44,117 bases of DNA from a virus (taxonomy: Duplodnaviria > Caudoviricetes). The notes beneath the pieces were generated by a model, which made no database searches, had not been told where the DNA came from, and saw only the letters and a list, made by a program, of their open reading frames with translations. Positions 9,373 through 17,420 of the stretch are shown piece after piece. A program made the position numbers and the translations under genes. The stretch is taken from IMG/VR virus record IMGVR_UViG_3300037467_001781, positions 1 through 44,117 of that record. One strand, written 5' to 3'. Positions within the stretch are counted from its first letter, which is position 1; every line of letters starts with the position of its first letter.

Positions 9373-9594
9373 ATGACTGAGAAGCTGCAATGGAAAGTCC
9401 TGCGGGGCCATGAAGGCGACCGCATCTACAAGGAAGGCGAGACCCGCGAGGGCACCCGAGCCGAGCTCGGCCACCTCGAGGGCAAGACGCTGGAACTGAT
9501 CGGGCCGGTGAATGCTGAAAAGGCCGAGCCGGCGCCGAAGAACAAGGCCGAGGCGTCCGCGCCCGTGAACAAGGCCGCGAAACGGCGGAAGTAA
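9373..9594 (+). CDS. Small head-associated hypothetical protein
   Basis: GGAGG RBS; 73 aa with Lys/Ala-rich tail; follows the capsid gene. Confidence 0.75.
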   Translation: MTEKLQWKVLRGHEGDRIYKEGETREGTRAELGHLEGKTLELIGPVNAEKAEPAPKNKAEASAPVNKAAKRRK

Positions 9595-9655
9595 TCCGTC
9601 GGCACCAGGCGCCCTTCTCTTAAGGGTTGCCACAACTCCCGAGAGGAAAAACACC

Positions 9656-10018
9656 ATGCGTCGCTACAAGGTAGCCATCACCACTGCCGCCGACGGCAGT
9701 GCCACGGCCTATACGCCGCGGCTGTCCGGCAAGCTTCATAGTATCCAGTATGTGAAGACGGATTTCGCCGATGGCGTCGACTTGACCATCACATCGGAAG
9801 CGACTGGCGAAAGCATTCTCGCCAAGAGCGATGTCAACGCCTCGGCCGTGTTCTATCCTCGCGCGCCGACGCATACGCAGGTCGGCGCCGCCGCGCTGTT
9901 CGCGACAGGCGGGACTGCCGTGCAGGACAAGATTGGCCTCGGCAACGACCGCGTGAAGATCGTTGTCGCCAGCGGCGGCAATGCCAAGTCCGGTGCCATC
10001 CACGTGATGGTCGACTGA
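9656..10018 (+). CDS. Hypothetical virion protein (beta-rich)
   Basis: GAGG RBS; position in head-tail module. Confidence 0.75.
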   Translation: MRRYKVAITTAADGSATAYTPRLSGKLHSIQYVKTDFADGVDLTITSEATGESILAKSDVNASAVFYPRAPTHTQVGAAALFATGGTAVQDKIGLGNDRVKIVVASGGNAKSGAIHVMVD

Positions 10019-10020
10019 TC

Positions 10021-10590
10021 ATGCTCGCACCTGTCCGCATCGAGGATCCGGAAGAAACGCCAGTCTCGCTCGACGACGTGAAGCTGCATTGTCGCGTCGA
10101 TTTCGACGATGACGACGTGCTTCTGGAAGCGTTCCTCGATGCGGCTACCGCGCATCTCGAAAAGCTGCTCGATATCGCCTTGGTTACCCAGACCTGGCGT
10201 CAGTACTTCGACAGCTTCAAATGCCTGCGCCTGGTCAAGGGCCGCGCACAGTCGGACGGCTTAATCGCGGAGTATTGGGACAGCTCGAATGCCGAGCAAA
10301 CGCTGCCCGGCGCGACTTACCGCATGCTCGTCGACAGTGCCGGCGCCTATGTAGCGATCGCGCCCGGCGCGATCTGGCCTACCGTATATTGCCGTCCAGA
10401 TGCGGTTTCGGTCTCCTACATCGCTGGTACCGCTCCGGAGGACGTGCCGGCGGCCTTGAAGGCGGCGATCCTTCTGCATGTCGCTCATCTCTACCATAAC
10501 CGCGAGGCGGTCACCGTCGACGCGGTCTCGAATTTCCTGCCGCTCGGCTACGAGGCCTTGATCTGGCCCTTCAAGAAGCCGGGCCTGTAG
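10021..10590 (+). CDS. Head-tail connector (HK97 gp6-like)
   Basis: PVSLDDVKLHCRVD...DDVLL, LVTQTW, VPAALKAAILLHVAHLYHNREAV. Confidence 0.9.
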   Translation: MLAPVRIEDPEETPVSLDDVKLHCRVDFDDDDVLLEAFLDAATAHLEKLLDIALVTQTWRQYFDSFKCLRLVKGRAQSDGLIAEYWDSSNAEQTLPGATYRMLVDSAGAYVAIAPGAIWPTVYCRPDAVSVSYIAGTAPEDVPAALKAAILLHVAHLYHNREAVTVDAVSNFLPLGYEALIWPFKKPGL

Positions 10591-10617
10591 CTCGCCCATC
10601 CCTTAACGGAGATTGCC

Positions 10618-11028
10618 ATGACCGACCTCTCCATCACCGCCGCCAGCGTCGTCGCTGGCGCGAATGCCGTCACCGATAGCGCGTCAGCCGGAGAAGCCAT
10701 CACCGCCGGCCAGCAGGTCTATCTCAACAGCACGTCGAAGAAGCTGATGAAGGCCGATTCGAACGCCGCTTCCGCCGAAGCCCGCAAGGCGATCGGCACC
10801 GCCTTGAACGGCGCTGCGCTCGACCAGCCGGTCAAGTTCCAGAAGGGCGGCGACATCACGATCGGCGCGGTGCTGACGCCAGGCGTCGCCTATTACCTGT
10901 CGGATACGCCTGGCGGCATCTGCCCGGTCGCGGACATCGGCACGGGGGAATACGTGCAGCTCGTCGGGCTTGCCAAGTCCGCGTCGGTGCTCGGCCTCGA
11001 TTACCAGTATACCGGCGTCGCGAATTGA
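10618..11028 (+). CDS. Hypothetical virion protein (head decoration/fibre-like)
   Basis: AGEAITAGQQVY...YYLSDTPGGI motif; GGAG RBS. Confidence 0.7.
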   Translation: MTDLSITAASVVAGANAVTDSASAGEAITAGQQVYLNSTSKKLMKADSNAASAEARKAIGTALNGAALDQPVKFQKGGDITIGAVLTPGVAYYLSDTPGGICPVADIGTGEYVQLVGLAKSASVLGLDYQYTGVAN

Positions 11029-11237
11029 TGTGGGTCCGCTTCACGGCTGACTTCGACTTCTCGCCGGCCGCATTCGGCGGCCGGAGCACTATCGCCTACA
11101 AAGCGGGCATGGAGTTGAACGTCACCCGCGAATGCGCCGCGGCGGCCAAGGCTGCCGGCAAGGCCGTCGCCGGCCGCAAGCCGCGCAAGGATGCCCCTTT
11201 CGAGGAAACGAGCGATGCCGAAGCCGACGGCCGGTGA
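11028..11237 (+). CDS. Small hypothetical protein
   Basis: TGATG coupling; MWVRFTADFDF...YKAGMELNVTRECA. Confidence 0.7.
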   Translation: MWVRFTADFDFSPAAFGGRSTIAYKAGMELNVTRECAAAAKAAGKAVAGRKPRKDAPFEETSDAEADGR

Positions 11238-11559
11238 CCTGTTCTATAGCGTCGCCTTCGAGAAGAAGGGAACGGCGTCCGACAGTGCCGGCGGCACCAC
11301 GACGTCGTTTACCGAGCAGTTCGCGTGCCGCGCCAGCTTTGTGCATCTGCGCGGCGGGGAGAGCGTGCAGGCGGCTCGCTTGGAAGGCCAGCATCCGCAG
11401 GTGATCAGTGTACGGGCGTCATCGCGGACGCGAGCCGTGACGACTGACTGGCGTATCCGAGACAAGCGGACCGGCGACATCTTTGCCATCCGCGATATAA
11501 CCCCCGGGCTCGACCGGCAGTTCATCGATTTCCTCTGCCAGAAGGGCGTCGCGGCGTGA
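11215..11559 (+). CDS. Head closure / head-tail adaptor (SPP1 gp16-like)
   Basis: AGDL...LRGGESVQAARLEG...VTTDWRIRD...FAIRDI. Confidence 0.85.
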   Translation: MPKPTAGDLFYSVAFEKKGTASDSAGGTTTSFTEQFACRASFVHLRGGESVQAARLEGQHPQVISVRASSRTRAVTTDWRIRDKRTGDIFAIRDITPGLDRQFIDFLCQKGVAA

Positions 11560-11966
11560 AAATCCAGAGGCTGGACCGCTTCAAGCGCAAGCTGCGCATG
11601 CTTTCGCCTGCGACGAAGGCAGAGATCGCGGTTGCGATTCAGAAGTCGGCTGATGAAATCACCGACCTCCAAAAGCGGCTTGCCCCGGTGCTTTCCGGCA
11701 ATTTGAAGGGCTCTATCGGCAATCGTCCCGTGGAGGGCACGGAAAACCTTGCCGTCGAGCTTCATGCCGGCGGCGCGGCGACGACGAAGCCGGTCAGAAA
11801 TGGGGCCAGCGCCACTTACGATTACGCCCTGGCCGACGAGTTTGGCACGTCAGACACCGCAGCGCAGCCCTTTTTCTACCCCGGCTTCCGGCTGGGCAAG
11901 AAGCGGGCGAAATCCCGCATCGCCCGTGCCGCGACCAAGGCCGCAAAGAAGGTGGCGCAGTCGTGA
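11556..11966 (+). CDS. HK97 gp10-family neck/tail completion protein
   Basis: APVLSGNLKGSI, EFGTSDTAAQPFFYP. Confidence 0.9.
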   Translation: MKIQRLDRFKRKLRMLSPATKAEIAVAIQKSADEITDLQKRLAPVLSGNLKGSIGNRPVEGTENLAVELHAGGAATTKPVRNGASATYDYALADEFGTSDTAAQPFFYPGFRLGKKRAKSRIARAATKAAKKVAQS

Positions 11967-12352
11967 TCGAAGACCAGGTCCAGCTTGCGCTGTTTGCCGC
12001 CGTGAACAACGCCACGGATGTCGGCGCGAACGTCTTCGACCAGGTGCCGGAAGAGAATCCGTTTCCGCGCATTACCATCGGCGACGAGCAGATCATCGAC
12101 GACACCAACACATGCCAAGCGGCGTGGGAGGTGTTCGAGGACGTGCATTGCTGGTCGCGCCCCGCCAACGGCTCAAAGCGGGAAGTGAAGAAGATCGCCG
12201 GCCAGGTCGTGACGGCGGTTCTCGGCATCACGTCGATCGCCGGCTTCACGCTCGTCTCGATCGAGCATCAGACCACGCGCGTGTTTCGCGATCCCGACGG
12301 CCTGACAGAACACGCCGTCGTCAGCTTCCGGGCGTTGATAGACCCGGCCTAA
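11963..12352 (+). CDS. Tail terminator (DUF3168-like)
   Basis: VFDQVP...FPRITIG...VHCWSR...RDPDGLTEHAVVSF. Confidence 0.88.
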   Translation: MIEDQVQLALFAAVNNATDVGANVFDQVPEENPFPRITIGDEQIIDDTNTCQAAWEVFEDVHCWSRPANGSKREVKKIAGQVVTAVLGITSIAGFTLVSIEHQTTRVFRDPDGLTEHAVVSFRALIDPA

Positions 12353-12388
12353 CCCGGCCCGGACGGGCGCAACCATAGGAGAACCACC

Positions 12389-12841
12389 ATGACCGCTGTG
12401 CCTCGCGTTACGGGGTCGAAGCTGCTCGTCCAGATCGGCGACGGCGCATCGCCCGAACAGTTCGACCATGACTGCCTGATCAACACCCAGCGCGGTATCC
12501 AGTTTCAGACCGACACGAACGAATTCATCATGCCGGACTGCAGCAATCCGGAGGATCCGGCGTGGAAGTCGGTCACCAAGGATGGCCTGTCGGCGCAGAT
12601 CACGGGCGCCGGCATGCTCTACACCGCTTCCGTCTCGGACTGGTGGGACTGGTTCAAGGGCGACATCGGCAAGAACGTCCGCTTCAATCTCAATGTCGGG
12701 GCGCCGGCCGGCGGCGGCTATTGGGAAGGTTCGTTCAAGCTGACCAATTTCGAGGTCACCTCGGATGGAAACAAGGCGCAGTCGACGGCCAACGTGACGC
12801 TTGTGTCCGATGGTGTGGTCAACTGGGTGCCGGCCGCCTAA
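12389..12841 (+). CDS. Major tail tube protein
   Basis: GSKLLVQIGDGASPEQF...PDCSNPEDPAW...ITGAG...LVSDG. Confidence 0.9.
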   Translation: MTAVPRVTGSKLLVQIGDGASPEQFDHDCLINTQRGIQFQTDTNEFIMPDCSNPEDPAWKSVTKDGLSAQITGAGMLYTASVSDWWDWFKGDIGKNVRFNLNVGAPAGGGYWEGSFKLTNFEVTSDGNKAQSTANVTLVSDGVVNWVPAA

Positions 12842-13260
12842 TGAGTCGTCACGCCGCGATAGATATGCCGTGGGCGGATGGGTTCTACACCTTCCGCCTC
12901 GGCCTCGATCAGCTCGAAGAGCTTGAGGAAAAGCGCGACGCCTCGATCTTCACCCTGTATCGCCGGCTGTCGCCACAGGTCAGGGACGCACGTAGCGCGG
13001 ACATCAAGGAAGTGCTCCGCATAGGTCTGATCGGCGGCGGCATGAAGCCGGTCGAGGCGATGCTGCTTGTCCGCCGCTACGTCGACGAGCGGCCGATGGA
13101 TGAGAGCCGCGACGCCGCTTATGCGGTCGTGCTTGCGGCGCTGTCGCGGGTGCGCACGGAGGATCCGCCAAAGGGGGAAGGTCAAGCGGCGAAGACAGAA
13201 GGCTCGACTTCGCCGCCATCCGTGGAGCCGCCGCAAACATCGGCATCGCCGACATCATGA
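12841..13260 (+). CDS. Tail assembly chaperone (gpG equivalent, GTA gp10-like)
   Basis: WADGFYTFRLGLDQLEELEEK...EVLRIGLIGGGM; TAATG coupling to the tail tube gene. Confidence 0.88.
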   Translation: MSRHAAIDMPWADGFYTFRLGLDQLEELEEKRDASIFTLYRRLSPQVRDARSADIKEVLRIGLIGGGMKPVEAMLLVRRYVDERPMDESRDAAYAVVLAALSRVRTEDPPKGEGQAAKTEGSTSPPSVEPPQTSASPTS

Positions 13261-13394
13261 GCCTGTCGCTCGGTGAGTGGGCGGCGATCGTTACGCAATG
13301 GAACCGCTCGCGCGGCGCGGCGCCGGAGCCGCCATCCGTCGAGGAATTCGAGGCGGCTATTGCTGCTTCAAGAGGCGTTTTTCGTCCTTCGTGA
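13170..13394 (+). CDS. -1 frameshift extension of tail assembly chaperone (gpGT C-terminus)
   Basis: In-frame slippery A AAG GGG at 13170-13176; -1 frame reads ...LDFAAIRGAAANIGIADIMSLSLGEWAAIVTQWNRSRGAAPEPPSVEEFEAAIAASRGVFRPS-stop. Confidence 0.8.
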   Translation, partial: KGGRSSGEDRRLDFAAIRGAAANIGIADIMSLSLGEWAAIVTQWNRSRGAAPEPPSVEEFEAAIAASRGVFRPS

Positions 13395-13596
13395 CCCATC
13401 CGCGCGTCCGCGCAGCGCATGATGGGCACAGCCACGGGCCATTTCCGAAGAGGCCCAGGAGCAACCAGACCGGCAACCACAGGCCGCATGTAATCACCGA
13501 CAACAGCAGATGCAGGACATGGTTCGGCGTCTGCCGTTCGGCAATGACCGCTTTCTTCTCCTGCGGGCAATAGTGCCTGGCTTTTTGAATCCCCAT
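13357..13596 (-). CDS. Small membrane protein with split Cys motif (LITAF-like zinc-ribbon architecture), moron
   Basis: HYCPQE...hydrophobic NHVLHLLLSVITCGLWLPVWLL...WLCPSC; GGGGGA RBS; antisense within tail operon. Confidence 0.75.
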   Translation of the reverse strand: MGIQKARHYCPQEKKAVIAERQTPNHVLHLLLSVITCGLWLPVWLLLGLFGNGPWLCPSCAARTRGWVTKDEKRLLKQQ

Positions 13597-13610
13597 GCGA
13601 GTCCCCCACC

Positions 13611-15815
13611 ATGGCCATCGAAATTGAGCGCCTTATCGCGACGCTCGAAGCGAACTTCAACAAGTATGACCGGGCGCTTAACAAGGCGCTCGGCAATACG
13701 AACACGACTTTTACGCGGATCGAGCAGCGCGGCAAGCAGCTTGAAACGCGGCTGTCCAATCTTGGCGGCAGCACGGGCAAGCTTTTTGCCGGCTTCGCCG
13801 CGGGTGTTTCGCTGCAGGGTGCGCAACAGCTCATCGACAGCGCCATCCGGATTCAGAACGCGCTGAAGGTAGCCGGCCTCGAAGGCAAAGACCTGACCAA
13901 GGTCTACGATGCGTTGTTCGAAAGCGCGCAGCGCAACGCCGCGCCGCTGGAATCGCTGGTCACCCTTTATGGCCGGGCTGCCCAGCAGCAGAAGGAACTC
14001 GGCGTTTCCTCCGCCGACCTGTTGAAGTTCACCGACAACGTGGCGGTATCGCTGCGCGTCGCCGGTAGCAGTGCCGGCGAGGCGCAGGGTGCGCTGTTGC
14101 AGCTCGGCCAGTTGCTCGGTTCCGGCACCGTCCATGCGGAAGAATTCAACAGCGTGCTCGAAGGCGTGCCGACGATCGTCCAAGCAGCGGCGCGCGGCAT
14201 CAAGGAGGCCAACGGCAGCGTCGCCGAACTCAAGCAGTTGGTGATTTCCGGCAAGGTGTCCTCGAAGGCGTTCTTTGACGGCTTCGAGGCCGGCGCCGTG
14301 TCGTTGCAGGCAAAGGTCGCCACGGCTGAAACGACCATCTCCGGCGGCTTTGTCCGTCTCTACAACGTTCTCACCGACGTCGCGAAAAACTTCAATGAGA
14401 ACGCCAAGGCCGCCGATCTGATGAGCGGCTTCCTCGACGAACTCGGCGCGGCGGCGCGGGAATTGGGGAACGATCTCTCCAATGCCGCGCCGTTGCTCAA
14501 GGAATTCGGCGACTATCTGAACGCCATCAACGGATGGGCCGAAGGGCTCGGCAAGAAGATCGGCGAGGCGACCGGCCTCGACCAGGTCGCGCCGGCCATC
14601 AACAATGCGCTGAGCAACGTGAACACCGATCCTGCCGAGGCCAAGATTACCGAGTTGCAGAAGACGGTCACGGCCCTGCAGGACGCCATAAAGTTCAACA
14701 CGGAAATGGGCATCGACACGTCCACCGTGCAGGGCCAGCTCGACCAGGTGCTCGCCAAGATCGCCGCGATCAAGGCCGGCGCGGCGGTGCCGCTTCCGAA
14801 CCAGAGCGACCAGAGCGTCGCCGCTGCCATCAATGGCATGGTGCCTTTCAATCCGTTGTCGCCGATCAGCACGCCGGAAACTGTCAAGCCGGTATCGCTC
14901 GCCGACTATCCGGTGACCGGCACAAAGAAGAAAGGCGGCTCGCACGGTATCAAGAAGACCGCCGACGATGCCTTCGAGGAAGACTTGCAGTCGATCCGCG
15001 ATCGCACGGCTGCGCTGAAGGAAGAGCACGACGCGCTTGGGCTCACCTACGAAGAGCAGCAGAAACGCAAGGTCGCGCTCGATCTTGAGCAGCAGGCGCT
15101 GAAGGATGTTCGCGAGGCCGCTCGCAAGAAAGGCGATACGGATTGGCAGAACATCCAGTTGTCGGAACAGCAGAAAGCCGCGATCGACAAGGTGGCCGAC
15201 GCCTACGCCAAGCAGGCCGACGAGCTACGCAAGGCGCAGGACATGATGGACCTGCAGCGCGACGTGCTGAAGGGCGCGTTCGATGATCTCCGCGGCGCCC
15301 TCGACGATGGCAAGCTCGACTGGCAGGATCTCGGCAACATTGCGTTGAACGCGCTCGACAAGATCATCGACAAGATCGAGAACGACCTGATCGACGCCAT
15401 CCTGCAGGCGAACAGCACGGCCGGAGGCGGCGGTGGCATCTTCGGCAGCCTGCTCGGCGTTCTCGGGCTCGGCGGCGGAAGTGATCCCGGCATCATCTCG
15501 GCGCTCGGCCTGCGCGCTGCCGGTGGCCCGGTGCAGGCGGGCAAGCCTTATATCGTCGGCGAGAAGCGGCCGGAACTCTTCGTGCCGAACCAGTCAGGCA
15601 CCATCCTGCCCTCGGTGCCGACTGTTCAACCGGGCGATACCACTGCTGGCGGCGCCACGATCAGCCCTGTCTTCGCGCCGCAGATCAGCATGAACGGTAA
15701 TGGCGACACCGAGGCTGTGATTGCTGAGATGCGCAAGTTCCTCGACCGGGAATTCCTGCCGCGCACGCTGAAGGCGCTGCGCCAGGCAAAGACGCTCGGG
15801 ATGAGCGTGTCCTGA
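13611..15815 (+). CDS. Tape measure protein
   Basis: 734 aa helical; AQGALLQLGQLLGSGTVHAEEFNSVLE; C-terminal RAAGGPV...YIVGEKRPELFVP. Confidence 0.95.
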   Translation: MAIEIERLIATLEANFNKYDRALNKALGNTNTTFTRIEQRGKQLETRLSNLGGSTGKLFAGFAAGVSLQGAQQLIDSAIRIQNALKVAGLEGKDLTKVYDALFESAQRNAAPLESLVTLYGRAAQQQKELGVSSADLLKFTDNVAVSLRVAGSSAGEAQGALLQLGQLLGSGTVHAEEFNSVLEGVPTIVQAAARGIKEANGSVAELKQLVISGKVSSKAFFDGFEAGAVSLQAKVATAETTISGGFVRLYNVLTDVAKNFNENAKAADLMSGFLDELGAAARELGNDLSNAAPLLKEFGDYLNAINGWAEGLGKKIGEATGLDQVAPAINNALSNVNTDPAEAKITELQKTVTALQDAIKFNTEMGIDTSTVQGQLDQVLAKIAAIKAGAAVPLPNQSDQSVAAAINGMVPFNPLSPISTPETVKPVSLADYPVTGTKKKGGSHGIKKTADDAFEEDLQSIRDRTAALKEEHDALGLTYEEQQKRKVALDLEQQALKDVREAARKKGDTDWQNIQLSEQQKAAIDKVADAYAKQADELRKAQDMMDLQRDVLKGAFDDLRGALDDGKLDWQDLGNIALNALDKIIDKIENDLIDAILQANSTAGGGGGIFGSLLGVLGLGGGSDPGIISALGLRAAGGPVQAGKPYIVGEKRPELFVPNQSGTILPSVPTVQPGDTTAGGATISPVFAPQISMNGNGDTEAVIAEMRKFLDREFLPRTLKALRQAKTLGMSVS

Positions 15816-16423
15816 TGGCGATCGCCCTGCCCGCTGTCGGCTTCCAGCACGCCTTTCCGCAACTGGTCGAATCGGTGTCCGTCTCGCGCTCGGGCACCAA
15901 GGCCATGGCGTTCGTCGAATATGCCGACGCATATTGGTCGATCCAGATGCGCACCAAGCCGCTCAAGGCCTCGGAACGGCTTCTCGTCGAAGCCTTCAAG
16001 GATGCCTGCCGCGGCGGACTCACGACGGTGCTTTATACGCCGAAGCACATGTGCGTGCCGAGCGCCTATTGGGGTGATGCCGGCAACGCTGCGCTCGCCA
16101 ATGCCGGCAACCTGGTGTCCATCACCGGCAACCAGCTTGTGATCAACAGCGTCGACAATGGCTTGACGCTCGGCCCGGGCGACCTGATCTCGGCCACATC
16201 AGGCGATTACAACGCGCTGTTCCGCATCCAGTCGGGCGGCGTCGCCGCCGGCAACGCCATCACCGTCACGGTCGAGCCGGCCGTGCCCGCCTACATCACG
16301 GCCGGCGCGACAATCGCCTTCAAGAGCCCTGTCGCCAACATGCGGCTGATGCCGGGCTCCTTCTCCATTCCGGACGAGCCGAAGCCGGTCGCGACCTTCA
16401 CGCTGGTGGAAATCCCGAAATGA
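15815..16423 (+). CDS. Distal tail (Dit-like) protein
   Basis: Position after tape measure; TGATG coupling. Confidence 0.7.
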   Translation: MAIALPAVGFQHAFPQLVESVSVSRSGTKAMAFVEYADAYWSIQMRTKPLKASERLLVEAFKDACRGGLTTVLYTPKHMCVPSAYWGDAGNAALANAGNLVSITGNQLVINSVDNGLTLGPGDLISATSGDYNALFRIQSGGVAAGNAITVTVEPAVPAYITAGATIAFKSPVANMRLMPGSFSIPDEPKPVATFTLVEIPK

Positions 16424-16986
16424 GCTTCCCGACGCGCCTGCAAGAGGTGTTGAGCGAAGGCCGCGCGGTCGTTCGTTCCGGCATCAAGATCGCCTGCACG
16501 ACCGGAACCTACGGCTTCTGGAACGGCAAGGGCGACATCACGATCGATGGCCTGGTCTACTGGCCGAACACGCTTATCACCGTGTCCGAGCCGGTCTATG
16601 GGCTTGGCACCGCCGCTTCCACCTTCACGGTCGAGCTCGTCGCAAAGCGCGATTCCGGGCTGACGCCTGACAAGCTGCTTTTGATCGAGCAGGAGGGCTA
16701 CAAGGATGCGCCGATCACCGGTTTCGACTTCTACTTCGATCCGGACGATCGCTCGTTCCTGCATGCGGAGCCCGGGCCTTACGGCTTCATCGACACGATC
16801 GACCATTCGCGTGAGAACGGCGAGAAGAAGCTGATCGCCAATGTGCGCTCCGGCGCCATCGCCAATCACCGGGACGGCTACCGCACGGCGAGCCACGAGG
16901 ATCAGCAGCTCGTCTCGCCCGGCGACATGTTCTTCCAGTACGCCTCGACCGTGAAGCACGAAGTCTTCGACATCAAATTCGATTGA
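16420..16986 (+). CDS. Tail hub / minor tail protein (DUF2163-like)
   Basis: YGFWNGKG...ASHEDQQLVSPGDMFFQY. Confidence 0.7.
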   Translation: MSFPTRLQEVLSEGRAVVRSGIKIACTTGTYGFWNGKGDITIDGLVYWPNTLITVSEPVYGLGTAASTFTVELVAKRDSGLTPDKLLLIEQEGYKDAPITGFDFYFDPDDRSFLHAEPGPYGFIDTIDHSRENGEKKLIANVRSGAIANHRDGYRTASHEDQQLVSPGDMFFQYASTVKHEVFDIKFD

Positions 16987-17417
16987 GCCGCATCATGCTT
17001 GAACTCATCCGGCTTCCCGATTGGGACCGCCGCCTTGCGCGCCTGGCTTCGTCGATCGGCGTCGAGCCCGGAATTTGGGGCCAGACCGACTGCCTGATGA
17101 CGGCAGCCGCCGGCATCGAGGCCGTCACGGGCGTCGACATCATGCAGCCGTGGCGCGGACGCTACAAAAGCGAGGCTGGTGCTGCGCGCCTGATGCGCAA
17201 GGAAGGCTGCGAGACCGTCGAGGACGTACTCGGCGCCTTCTTCGGCCTGCCGCAGGTCGGCCGGCTGCTGGCCATGCGTGGCGATGTCGGCGTCGTCGAA
17301 AGCGACGGGCAGCTCTGTTGCGGATTCCTCTGCGATCGCGGCTTCCTGGTGAAGACCGGGACCGGCCGGCTGCTGTTGCCGCAAACGGCGATCAAGACCG
17401 CGTTCAAGGTCGGCTGA
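16983..17417 (+). CDS. NlpC/P60-like tail assembly protein (DUF6950-like)
   Basis: RLPDWDRRL...WGQTDC...AVTGVD...RGRY...RGDVGV. Confidence 0.8.
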   Translation: MSRIMLELIRLPDWDRRLARLASSIGVEPGIWGQTDCLMTAAAGIEAVTGVDIMQPWRGRYKSEAGAARLMRKEGCETVEDVLGAFFGLPQVGRLLAMRGDVGVVESDGQLCCGFLCDRGFLVKTGTGRLLLPQTAIKTAFKVG

Positions 17418-17420
17418 CGG

